Positions 40,201 through 47,955 of a DNA stretch of 60,381 nucleotides are shown piece after piece. The number at the start of each line of letters is the position of its first letter. Position 1 is the stretch's first letter. The translations under genes and the position numbers were made by a program. Source of the stretch: Candidatus Kaiserbacteria bacterium RIFCSPLOWO2_12_FULL_50_10 (GTDB taxonomy: Bacteria > Patescibacteriota > Minisyncoccia > Phycocordibacterales > UBA918); NCBI GenBank assembly GCA_001783515.1, contig MFMN01000004.1, positions 1 to 60,381 of the forward strand, in the 5' to 3' direction. The notes under the pieces are model-generated. The model was given only the letters and a program-made list of their open reading frames with translations, made no database searches and was not told the origin of the DNA.

Positions 40201-43200
40201 CAAAGATTAATGTGCCATATCTTATTGATAGCCTTACAATTCAGGAGGGCAGTAAGCTTACAGTTCAACCTGGAACGGTCATTAAGGCGTTGCCATCTAA
40301 TATAAACGGGGCGTACACGTTGTTTGTTAATGGCGTATTAAGTGCAGTGGGTACCGAGCAGAATAAAATTTACTTCACCTCGTTTGAGGACGATGTTGGC
40401 GGTGATACAAATAACGATGGGAATGCAACAACTCCAGTAGAGAATCAATGGAAAGGGATTCGGATGTATGAGGATGCATCATCTGCAGTTCTCAACCACG
40501 CTGTGGTGCGTCACGCCTTGGTTGCATTATACATGGCGGACAATCCAGGAGTGCTCACTGTTCGAAACAGTACCTTCGAATCAAACCTTTGGGGAATGCT
40601 AGGTATTCAAGATGATGGTGATGCCACCATTAGAAATTCAAATGTTGTTAACGATAATGCTCTCTATGGAGTGAACCTATATAATAACGCATCATCCACT
40701 GTTGATGCTCGCAGTAACTGGTGGGGAAGCGCTTCAGGACCATACCATGCTACACTAAATCCTGACGGAACAGGAAATGTTGTCACGGGTAACGTTATCT
40801 TCACTCCCTGGCTTACTGCTCCTGCAACAGGGGATTATGTCTCAGAATCACCGGCAACGACAACACCTCCAGTAGCAACAACAACCGCGACAACCACGCC
40901 AACCTGTACTGAAAACTGCTACTCAAATGTCCTGTTCCTTCCGGGGATTATGGGGAGTGACTTGTACAAGAGTGACGGCACTCAGTGCTGGGTGCAAGAC
41001 ATGAATCATATCGGCGACACAGACTACGATTGTGTACGTATGCTTGATGCAAATACCCCGAATACAGCAGGAGTAGTTACCCGCGGTGTTGCAGAATATG
41101 CCTCAAATAAACCATATGAGGAGATCGAAGCCAGCATGGCAGCGTGGCAAACTGAACTCGGCATAACAGCAACAACTACACCGTACGACTGGCGATATGA
41201 CTTTAACCATATAGTGCGTTCAGGAACTCTGACAGCAAACGGTATTGACTACAACACAGAGATTGCCAACGGAACACCTGGATACATAGAGGCGCAGCTC
41301 CGTAGTCTTGCCTCATCGTCAAAAACAGGAAAAGTTACCGTCGTTGCCCATTCAATGGGTGGACTTGTTGCAAAAGAACTTATGGATAAAATAGGTTCTG
41401 CAGACACAGCAAATCTTGTTGATCAAGTAATCCTGGTCGCAACACCACAACTCGGAACACCGAAAGCGGCGGGTGCACTGCTGCATGGTGCAGGCATGGC
41501 GCTCGGACCTGACTATTGGACAATCCTCACCGAAGCACAGGCACGTGGACTTTCGAAAGATATGCAAGGCAGTTATAATCTGCTTCCAAGTAATGAATAC
41601 TTCGCAAGTGTTTCTGACCCAGTGCTTATTATGAGTACGACTACAAACAGATATATGTGGACGCCGGGTGGCGACTACATAGGAGCAACAACCCTTTCTG
41701 GAGACAGTACACTGGCAAATAGGTATGGTGCGACAGTTACAAGTGTGTCTGCACAGTCTGGCTTTATGACTGACAGTTCACGCGAAGCCCCAACGTTTAG
41801 TAATGTTGCTATTCCTGAAATAGCAAACAGTACGTATACGTCTCGTGCAAACACTGTGCATAATTCACTTGATGCGTGGACGCCACCTGCAGGGGTGAAG
41901 CTTATTGCCGTTGCAGGCTGGGGACTTGAGACCTTTCACCAGTTTACCTATGCACGAAATGTTGAAGAATCTTGTGATGGCGGTATATGCACCACGACTC
42001 GTGAATACCTTACGGTATCGCCAGATACCACTATTGATGGTGATGCGACAGTGGTGGTGCCAAGTGCTTTGTATTCTAGTGGGAGTTCGAATGTTGAGAG
42101 GTTTTGGTTGGATTTAAATGTTCCTCTGAAGGAGCATTCAGATATATTAGCCGCTGATTCACTCCGAACACTCATAAAAAACAAACTCACCGCAACAAAT
42201 CAATCATTGCCATATATCTACACTTCTGCAGCAAACCTTCCTGCTACTACCACAAAGCGTCTTCAGTTCGTGCTCCACTCCCCGCTCACTCTCGGCTACC
42301 GGGACATCAACGGCAACTACACCGGACTTAAGGAAGACGGTACCGTAGAATACACTATCCCCGGAGCACGATACGAACGCTTTGGAGAAGTACAGTGGCT
42401 ATCCGTTCCTGCAGATATCGGTGGCGGACTCGAAATGGTCGGAACAGATGATGGAATATTTACGCTTGAAGTGCGAGAAAAGCACGGAAACGAACTCAAA
42501 AAGCAGGTAAACTTTGCCTATGTAGATACCAAGAAAGGAATGAGGGTGACGTTGCCGTTTGCACAGAAGGAGAAGAAGGTGCAAAATGTAAAAATGCAGA
42601 ATATATCTGAAATTGATACGGAAACAGTCACCGAATACCTCGAAATTACTGTTGATAGACATGATGGAAAGTTAGAAAGAATACAGACAAGGGAAAAGAA
42701 GTTGAAAGAAAGAAAGCAAGACATTAGAGAAGCAACAACAACTCCGAAAGTCATTAGTCCTGGTGTTGCTACAACAGCACCAGAAGCCGTGACAGGCATT
42801 GAAGAATCATTAGTTGAAGAAACCTCTAGTAGTACTTCTGATGTTCCGAATCAGGACATGTCAACCACAACGGAGACTGTTAATCTAGAGGAGATTGCAA
42901 CATCAACAACCCCTATTGAAACAGATAGACAAGGAACGAGCACATTGCCAGTTTCTTCTGGATTACCACATTCGATCCTATTCCTCGCATATACCCTACC
43001 TTTATTGCGGAGGAGAAAGATAGAAATTAGTGAGATTAAAAAAAACCTGACGATAGTATTGTTTCTACTCTCTCTTCCATATATATATATATCATGGAAA
43101 ATTTATCTTTCTGGAATAGATATGTCCTTTTCATGGCTTCTCGGTATTGACAGAAATTTACACCCTACACTTGCTGAAACTGTTGAGTGGACACTCATGG

Positions 43201-43451
43201 CTCCTCTTATTATGTTCTTCTCTTTCGTCCCATTCTACTTCACCTCCGATAAAATATACAAAATCTGGCTCTGGTGGAATGCAGCACATGTTATCTTTCT
43301 AATAGTGAATGTCGTTGGCTATAACCCCCATGCATTTATGTTTGCAGATATAGGCTTCACCTTCCAGTACCGTCTCTACGTCGCTGGCTCGCTATTGCTG
43401 TTGTGCGCAGGCATAATACTTGGCATAATCCATAGATTCAAAAAATCATAA
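37263..43451 (+). CDS. Giant surface protein: beta-helix repeat stalk, alpha/beta-hydrolase (lipase/LCAT-like) domain, C-terminal multi-TM tail
   Basis: Signal peptide; repeated SPY..TI..GATLTIEPGV..KIYFTS..DD.GGD modules; FLPGIMGS, PYDWR, AHSMGG, DGDATV, EHS motifs. Confidence 0.88.
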   Translation: MFMNIFFRVFLYVCILTAAGVAPLAYADTYVNSPVVEDTLWPLEFSPYIVDDVTIVQGATLTIEPGVIVKVAKGKIAFDIEGELVAGSSTEPGRVVITSINDNTFGGTAAGSTGAPKAEDWLRIVVNQGASAQFYNTDIKYGAGKLAYVNTLIYNDGGSVAVRNSTLAFAPSGIIVQYGTTSSLVLEDSIVSSGPSFGYNPVHVGGGSAVVRRNTITANEGVGFWGSSLTFGDNTFSVKYHDQGNALYHFSSTPLINEGGNSGEGSIHINYGKGWQNDWSLPQDGLSYHFGADMVVPSGVHASIASGVRARVGNSIVVAGELQLGTQGASEEVLLTSMYDDAGMGREFSSKEPARGNWRGISVSPGGTLSAYASTIKYAGKDKDQNIIDECEYLLVELGVTDSQCEDEYWWKAAIRNDGGMVFLDDVTVAESVTNGIRTESGVTAITYSTSTDNTLSGVLTNGGDTNVAYSSLVNNGRYAIENTDETSALVATDNWYGDSSGPYEPSANPSGTGAEVSQNVSYNPWLSEPAPYGYTSGGGGGSSGEDSEMITLEEDTTWSLAESPYVLSSDVLIAEGATLTIEPGVVVKSARKQDGSLSGLYVYGTLQAIGSEQDKIYFTSAQDDLGGDSNDDGAESSPSAGDWLGIELYENGVAQLAYTHVQYAGVGISLYASTTSTIASSTFRANESSGLEHYEGVTNISHSNFLDNGTFGIHASGQGVVNVTGSTFANNTNGTLDIDTLSAVQVNESGNIGLNVPTFVTEYTIATSTVWTAAHSPYVLTESLTINQNATLTIEPGVIVKNGLDHTIDIYGTLNAVGTSDNKIYFTSLEDDIGGDTNNDSNQTLPAPGQWGGITVNYSGILRIIDAEVSYADVGIAQHGSSTISDNIIRSASNMGIIHESGTTTISGTSIVGESVSDMVALGEGEIRINSDFYNNGEFGFSTSISNINTDLKAYLVDDSDVILAEILGGVVTNDMVLPKINVPYLIDSLTIQEGSKLTVQPGTVIKALPSNINGAYTLFVNGVLSAVGTEQNKIYFTSFEDDVGGDTNNDGNATTPVENQWKGIRMYEDASSAVLNHAVVRHALVALYMADNPGVLTVRNSTFESNLWGMLGIQDDGDATIRNSNVVNDNALYGVNLYNNASSTVDARSNWWGSASGPYHATLNPDGTGNVVTGNVIFTPWLTAPATGDYVSESPATTTPPVATTTATTTPTCTENCYSNVLFLPGIMGSDLYKSDGTQCWVQDMNHIGDTDYDCVRMLDANTPNTAGVVTRGVAEYASNKPYEEIEASMAAWQTELGITATTTPYDWRYDFNHIVRSGTLTANGIDYNTEIANGTPGYIEAQLRSLASSSKTGKVTVVAHSMGGLVAKELMDKIGSADTANLVDQVILVATPQLGTPKAAGALLHGAGMALGPDYWTILTEAQARGLSKDMQGSYNLLPSNEYFASVSDPVLIMSTTTNRYMWTPGGDYIGATTLSGDSTLANRYGATVTSVSAQSGFMTDSSREAPTFSNVAIPEIANSTYTSRANTVHNSLDAWTPPAGVKLIAVAGWGLETFHQFTYARNVEESCDGGICTTTREYLTVSPDTTIDGDATVVVPSALYSSGSSNVERFWLDLNVPLKEHSDILAADSLRTLIKNKLTATNQSLPYIYTSAANLPATTTKRLQFVLHSPLTLGYRDINGNYTGLKEDGTVEYTIPGARYERFGEVQWLSVPADIGGGLEMVGTDDGIFTLEVREKHGNELKKQVNFAYVDTKKGMRVTLPFAQKEKKVQNVKMQNISEIDTETVTEYLEITVDRHDGKLERIQTREKKLKERKQDIREATTTPKVISPGVATTAPEAVTGIEESLVEETSSSTSDVPNQDMSTTTETVNLEEIATSTTPIETDRQGTSTLPVSSGLPHSILFLAYTLPLLRRRKIEISEIKKNLTIVLFLLSLPYIYISWKIYLSGIDMSFSWLLGIDRNLHPTLAETVEWTLMAPLIMFFSFVPFYFTSDKIYKIWLWWNAAHVIFLIVNVVGYNPHAFMFADIGFTFQYRLYVAGSLLLLCAGIILGIIHRFKKS

Positions 43452-43471
43452 TCTCCTCAATACTCATAACT

Positions 43472-43612
43472 TTCCTCCTCCAAGGCCCCCACCCCTCGGC
43501 TATCGCGACGCAGACAGCAATCATTCGGGCGCAGCGACAGACTAAAAATTGAGCTTAGCACCCTAGGTTCGCAAGACAGACGCAATGGAGAAGTAAAGGA
43601 GATATGAGTCCG
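43472..43612 (+). pseudogene. Frameshifted relic homologous to the HSPLTLGYRD...GEVQW domain of the upstream giant gene
   Basis: Reads LGYRDADSNHSGAATD*...RRNGEVKEI* versus LGYRDINGNYTGLKEDG...ERFGEVQWL at 42267-42410. Confidence 0.75.
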
Positions 43613-43615
43613 AAG

Positions 43616-43645
43616 AAACAGGATGCGTCAGCGTCCTGTTTTTTG
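43616..43645 (+). terminator. Intrinsic terminator
   Basis: AAACAGGATGC-GTCA-GCGTCCTGTTT followed by a T tract. Confidence 0.75.
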
Positions 43646-43682
43646 TGTTGTTTTGAGCAGATGATGCGGGTTTACTCGCTGG

Positions 43683-43720
43683 TTATCCACAGATAGTTTT
43701 CTTTTGGGGTGGGGTATACT
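43683..43720 (+). promoter_or_regulatory. Promoter with perfect DnaA box TTATCCACA plus TATACT
   Basis: Box 43683-43691, -10 at 43715-43720. Confidence 0.7.
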
Positions 43721-43763
43721 TGGGGGTACATTACCTATTTAGTATTATTTAATTTTAGAAATT

Positions 43764-46760
43764 ATGAACGTTCTACGAAACATCCTTGCGCTCACACTTA
43801 TGCTTAGTGCGACCCTTGGCACCAGTGCTTTTGCAGCAAATGCGGAAAGTATTGATCCGCGATTCCCGAATGATCACGTCATCGACGTTTCTTCAGACGA
43901 GGCGGTTGCGAATCTCACTCCTGAGGAAATCGCTGCTATCGAGGAAGAGTTTGGTCCGCTCGCACCAGTTGCCGCAAACGCTGGTCCTGCGTGTTTTGAC
44001 TATTACCGCTTTAACTCGGTGCAGGTCATCGCCGGTGCAGAGCAGCAAGACCTTGTGCCGGGCATCCCGCTTGCACTCGTTGGCTCGATTGTCAACGAAA
44101 ATGCGTATCCACTGAGCGATGTGCAGGTGTACGCAAAGGTATTCAAGCTAGATAGCGCACGCACAGAAGCGAACGTGCTCGCAAACGGAAATCCTGTTGT
44201 AGATTTCGTCCAAGTTGCTGACGACGTCACGCTTCCCGCAAACGGCGAGCTTCCCTTTAGCTACAGCTACAAGCTGCCCCATGCAATGGAGGCAGGGAAG
44301 TATCGTATCGCGTTCTTTGTGACCGTTGCCGAGCGCTACAACATGCTCGGACTCACCTTCACCGACGACGTGATTGGTAACGTCACTGATTTTTCTGTCA
44401 CCGCAGCAACGAGCCCGGTACCTGCATTTGATAAGGATTCCGTAACACTTAACGGCACGCCATATAACTTCGCAAGTTTCCCACCAATCTTCGAGAAGGA
44501 CGAGCAGGTTGTGATGACTGCAAAACTCGTGAACCCGCTCGCTGAGGAGGTTTCTGTTACGCTCACGCATAAGCTCTATAGTTGGGATGCTCTTCGCGAG
44601 GAAACTGTCCGCGATAGCGTGACGGAAGTCGTGAAGCTCAAGCCTCGCGAGGTACGAACGGTGTCATACACGGCAACCGCTGCCGACTCGACATCGTACC
44701 TCATGACAACCGCAACCTACAAGGATGCAAAGTCTATCATTGCGCCACGCTTTGGACGCAGTGGTCTTGAGGATATGCGTATCAACTTCCCGGGTATTAC
44801 AAGCTACCCGCTCCAGGCTGGTGTCGAAAATACGCTCTTCTCATGCGTGCATGCAATTGATACAACCGTGAAGGATGCAACCCTTACCCTTACCCTCACA
44901 AGCCCTGAAGGCGCAGTGCTCCACACGTACACCTACTCAGGCGCGGTTACTGGCGCAATGATGGCTGCTGCGGACAAATTTACACCAACAGCAAACTACA
45001 CCGACTTCGACCTCACGGCAACACTTACGAAAAACGGCACTGTTGTCGAATCGGTAACCATTCCGTATCGCTGCGCGGTCCTCGATGCCTCACTCTGTCC
45101 CGAGCCAGAAGCGCCGGCGCCTGTCGTTGAAATTCCTCTCAATACTATGATTATCATCGGACTCATCGTTCTCGCGCTTGTCTTGGGGCTCCTCCTTATC
45201 TGGGGATTGCGCAGGAAAAGCGCACCGACAACACTCATGTGTCTTATCGGTGTCGTCGGTATTGGTGTGCTCTCACTGCACGTAAGTTCAGGTTTGGCGC
45301 TTGAAGTACATACCTCACAGCACGCATTTACCACAAACTACCTTGCGCAGTCATCAACGCATAAGTCGGTGATTACCCAGTCAGCACCAGTTGCCGTCAA
45401 TCGTGTCTTTGGTAATGCGTACCTGGTGAATGTTGTCTCTGCAAATGCTATCTACCGCGCAACGGTGTCCCAGCCAGAAGGTACGGTGATTCAGAATTCT
45501 GCAATTGCCGTTGGACATCCTCGCACGAACGAAGAAACAAGTTGGTATCAAACAGGGTCGCGTGGCGACACGCCGTACGGCTGCTGGTCTGATATGCGCT
45601 GGGGACGTTGGAATTGTACGAACGAGCTCATCTTCTCACAGCCAACCCTGGGGCGACGCCAATTTGGGAACGTATTTAACGTACCGTCGGTAACGGTACA
45701 GGGAACGGGCTCAATAAGTTGTAGCGGCAACAACTGTACGGCAAGCGGCCTTGGTGCAGGAACTATTCGCCTTGACTATGCACAAAACGTTTCGACGGCA
45801 TCGCTCTATCTCCCTAAGAGCGACAGGAAATTCATTGTTGCGTATATCCCACTTCCTGCAAAGACGATTGTCTTTAACTACAATGTCGTTACGCCAAACC
45901 AGCCACCAACAACACCTGTAGTTACCTCGTCACAGTGCGGAGCAAGTATTGTCGAAGGAACGAGTGTAAATCTCTCTATGCGTGCAACCGATCCAAATAA
46001 CGATCAGCTTCGCTATCAGATTGCATGGTTAGGTGGTGGTGTAGTGAATGAAAACGTTCCTGCAAGTGGCTATGTACCAAGCGGCACCGAAGGAAAAGCG
46101 TCACGTGTCTTCGACACAGCAGGTACCTACCCGATTCAAACTCGTGCACAAGACAACCGAGGCGGCGTCTCTGCATGGAGTAACTGTACCGTAACAGTGA
46201 CCGCTGCTCCTGTGGCGCCAACGCCGTCAGCCTCAGTTCCGCCAACAGTAACCCTTACGGCAAGTGTAGATAATGATTCATTTACGGAAGCAAACCGGAC
46301 CATAGATGTTGGCGACGTTGTACGTCTCCAGTGGGATGGAGAGGATGCAGATACTTGTACCTCATCTGATTTCACCACAGGGGGCGCAGTGGACGGCATT
46401 GATCCAAATGTTGTTGAGCCAACGCTCGGCACAAGTAAGGTCTACACCGTTACGTGTACTCGCGGTTCAGAAACAGCCTCCGACACTCTTACCATTACCG
46501 CTCGCGGCAACGCACCAACACTTACCCCGAACGACCTCGTGGTGAAGGCAGGAGGACGCACCGTGATCGCGTACGACCTCAAGGGTAATACAGAGTGTAC
46601 CTTTAGCAGTGCCGACACCGCCTTCAGTGGACTTTCGGTAACTCAAAACGGCACTAAACAAACAGGCGCTCTCAGTAGTGCGACACGATACATCCTCACC
46701 TGTGAAGGTGGCATCGCAACCGCCATCATCAATGTGACAGGAACTATCATCGAACAATAG
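43764..46760 (+). CDS. Large secreted/membrane protein with Ig/PKD-like domains and a central hydrophobic pair
   Basis: Signal peptide ending AFA; two hydrophobic segments near aa 460-510; ATDPNNDQLRY and Cys-paired beta repeats. Confidence 0.85.
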   Translation: MNVLRNILALTLMLSATLGTSAFAANAESIDPRFPNDHVIDVSSDEAVANLTPEEIAAIEEEFGPLAPVAANAGPACFDYYRFNSVQVIAGAEQQDLVPGIPLALVGSIVNENAYPLSDVQVYAKVFKLDSARTEANVLANGNPVVDFVQVADDVTLPANGELPFSYSYKLPHAMEAGKYRIAFFVTVAERYNMLGLTFTDDVIGNVTDFSVTAATSPVPAFDKDSVTLNGTPYNFASFPPIFEKDEQVVMTAKLVNPLAEEVSVTLTHKLYSWDALREETVRDSVTEVVKLKPREVRTVSYTATAADSTSYLMTTATYKDAKSIIAPRFGRSGLEDMRINFPGITSYPLQAGVENTLFSCVHAIDTTVKDATLTLTLTSPEGAVLHTYTYSGAVTGAMMAAADKFTPTANYTDFDLTATLTKNGTVVESVTIPYRCAVLDASLCPEPEAPAPVVEIPLNTMIIIGLIVLALVLGLLLIWGLRRKSAPTTLMCLIGVVGIGVLSLHVSSGLALEVHTSQHAFTTNYLAQSSTHKSVITQSAPVAVNRVFGNAYLVNVVSANAIYRATVSQPEGTVIQNSAIAVGHPRTNEETSWYQTGSRGDTPYGCWSDMRWGRWNCTNELIFSQPTLGRRQFGNVFNVPSVTVQGTGSISCSGNNCTASGLGAGTIRLDYAQNVSTASLYLPKSDRKFIVAYIPLPAKTIVFNYNVVTPNQPPTTPVVTSSQCGASIVEGTSVNLSMRATDPNNDQLRYQIAWLGGGVVNENVPASGYVPSGTEGKASRVFDTAGTYPIQTRAQDNRGGVSAWSNCTVTVTAAPVAPTPSASVPPTVTLTASVDNDSFTEANRTIDVGDVVRLQWDGEDADTCTSSDFTTGGAVDGIDPNVVEPTLGTSKVYTVTCTRGSETASDTLTITARGNAPTLTPNDLVVKAGGRTVIAYDLKGNTECTFSSADTAFSGLSVTQNGTKQTGALSSATRYILTCEGGIATAIINVTGTIIEQ

Positions 46761-46864
46761 TCGTCAAAAACCCCATATTTGCGGGGTTTTTGCGTGTCGA
46801 CGCGCCCACGTTCCGTACTGGCGTCAAGTGGCACGGCGCACTTATTTCATGGTATACTTTTGCC

Positions 46865-47473
46865 ATGATAATTACGTACCACGGCGGTGAGTGTTTGAAG
46901 TTTTCACAAGGCGACACAACGCTTGTGCTGAACCCTCACGACAAAAAGTCATCATTTGGCGGCGTGCGATTTGGCGCAAATGTTGTGGCGGTCTCGCTGC
47001 ACCATCCAGATTTTAATGCGACGGAGAGTATTACCGGAAATCCATTCGTTATCGACACTCCGGGTGAATACGAAGTCGGCGAGGTTGGCGTTCGTGGCTA
47101 CGGTATCCTCGTAAATTACGACGGCGAGCCCCGCTACAACACCATCTACCAAATCCACTTCGAAGGCATCAATATCGTGCATCTTGGCGCACTCCAAGAT
47201 GTCGACATTGACCCAAAGATTCTCGGCGAATTCGGCGATATCGACATCCTTATTCTCCCTATTGGTGGCGGTGATGTCCTGCAAGTCCCTGCAGCGGCAA
47301 AGCTTGCAACGAAGCTCGAGGCACACGCGGTGATTCCTGTCCACTACGACAAAGCAGCACTTACTGCGTTCCTCAAAGAGCTCGATAGCGCCGCACAGCC
47401 GCTTGAAAAGTTCACCATTAAGAAAAAAGATCTTGAGGCACTGCAAGGGGAAGTCGTTGTACTCAGTGCCTAA
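46865..47473 (+). CDS. Metallo-beta-lactamase-fold protein with degenerate metal motif
   Basis: MIITYHG, PGEYEV, HLGAL, DILILPIGG, IPVHY; SLHHPDF in place of HxHxDH; TATACT-N6-ATG. Confidence 0.8.
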   Translation: MIITYHGGECLKFSQGDTTLVLNPHDKKSSFGGVRFGANVVAVSLHHPDFNATESITGNPFVIDTPGEYEVGEVGVRGYGILVNYDGEPRYNTIYQIHFEGINIVHLGALQDVDIDPKILGEFGDIDILILPIGGGDVLQVPAAAKLATKLEAHAVIPVHYDKAALTAFLKELDSAAQPLEKFTIKKKDLEALQGEVVVLSA

Positions 47474-47475
47474 TG

Positions 47476-47544
47476 CCTGGATCCCCGGATATTTGAAAAC
47501 AATATTCGCTCGCGCTCATTTGTTTTCTAAATTCCGAGGATGAC
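47476..47544. repeat. Family C REP-like hairpin, solo copy
   Basis: CCTGGATCCCCGGATATTTGAAAACAA...TTGTTTTCTAAATTCCGAGGATGAC right after a stop codon. Confidence 0.85.
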
Positions 47545-47556
47545 ACACTACGTTAC

Positions 47557-47952
47557 ATGTTTAAAAGTCTTCAAAAAAAACCATTGCACACTCGCGCCCA
47601 TGTAGCGTTCATGGTGGCATTTCTTGTGGTGACGGTCGTCGCGGCGCTCTGGGTTATGACGCTGCCGACAAAGTTTGCAAACATACGCGAAGCAAACGAG
47701 CAGGTTGCCGCCGTGCGAGACGCCGCGCAAGACGCAGAAGACAAGCGCACCGAGCAAGAAGCAGCAGCAATCCTCAGCGGATTCGTAGCCTCCTCAACAG
47801 AAGTCTATAAAGACCTCGGCGCACAGCTCGAAGACCTCGGAGGAAAAACTTCCGAGAGCGGAGAAGAGACGGCAACCTCCTCAGAAGCATTGTCGCAAGA
47901 AGTGGCAACAACATCAGCATCAAGCACTATCATTATCAGAGAATTACCTTAA
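47557..47952 (+). CDS. Single-TM hypothetical protein
   Basis: N-terminal TM and acidic tail; ends 3 nt before gyrA. Confidence 0.75.
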   Translation: MFKSLQKKPLHTRAHVAFMVAFLVVTVVAALWVMTLPTKFANIREANEQVAAVRDAAQDAEDKRTEQEAAAILSGFVASSTEVYKDLGAQLEDLGGKTSESGEETATSSEALSQEVATTSASSTIIIRELP

Positions 47953-47955
47953 GTT

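Noticed and set aside
43472..43612. DGR template repeat, or 6S-like ncRNA
   Set aside because: Differences from 42267-42410 are not confined to adenines and include indels, and no reverse transcriptase is present. Protein-level homology explains the region better than an RNA structure.
570..43691. Replication origin suggested by DnaA boxes
   Set aside because: The boxes are single and dispersed at promoter positions; there is no cluster, no AT-rich unwinding element and no dnaA/dnaN nearby.
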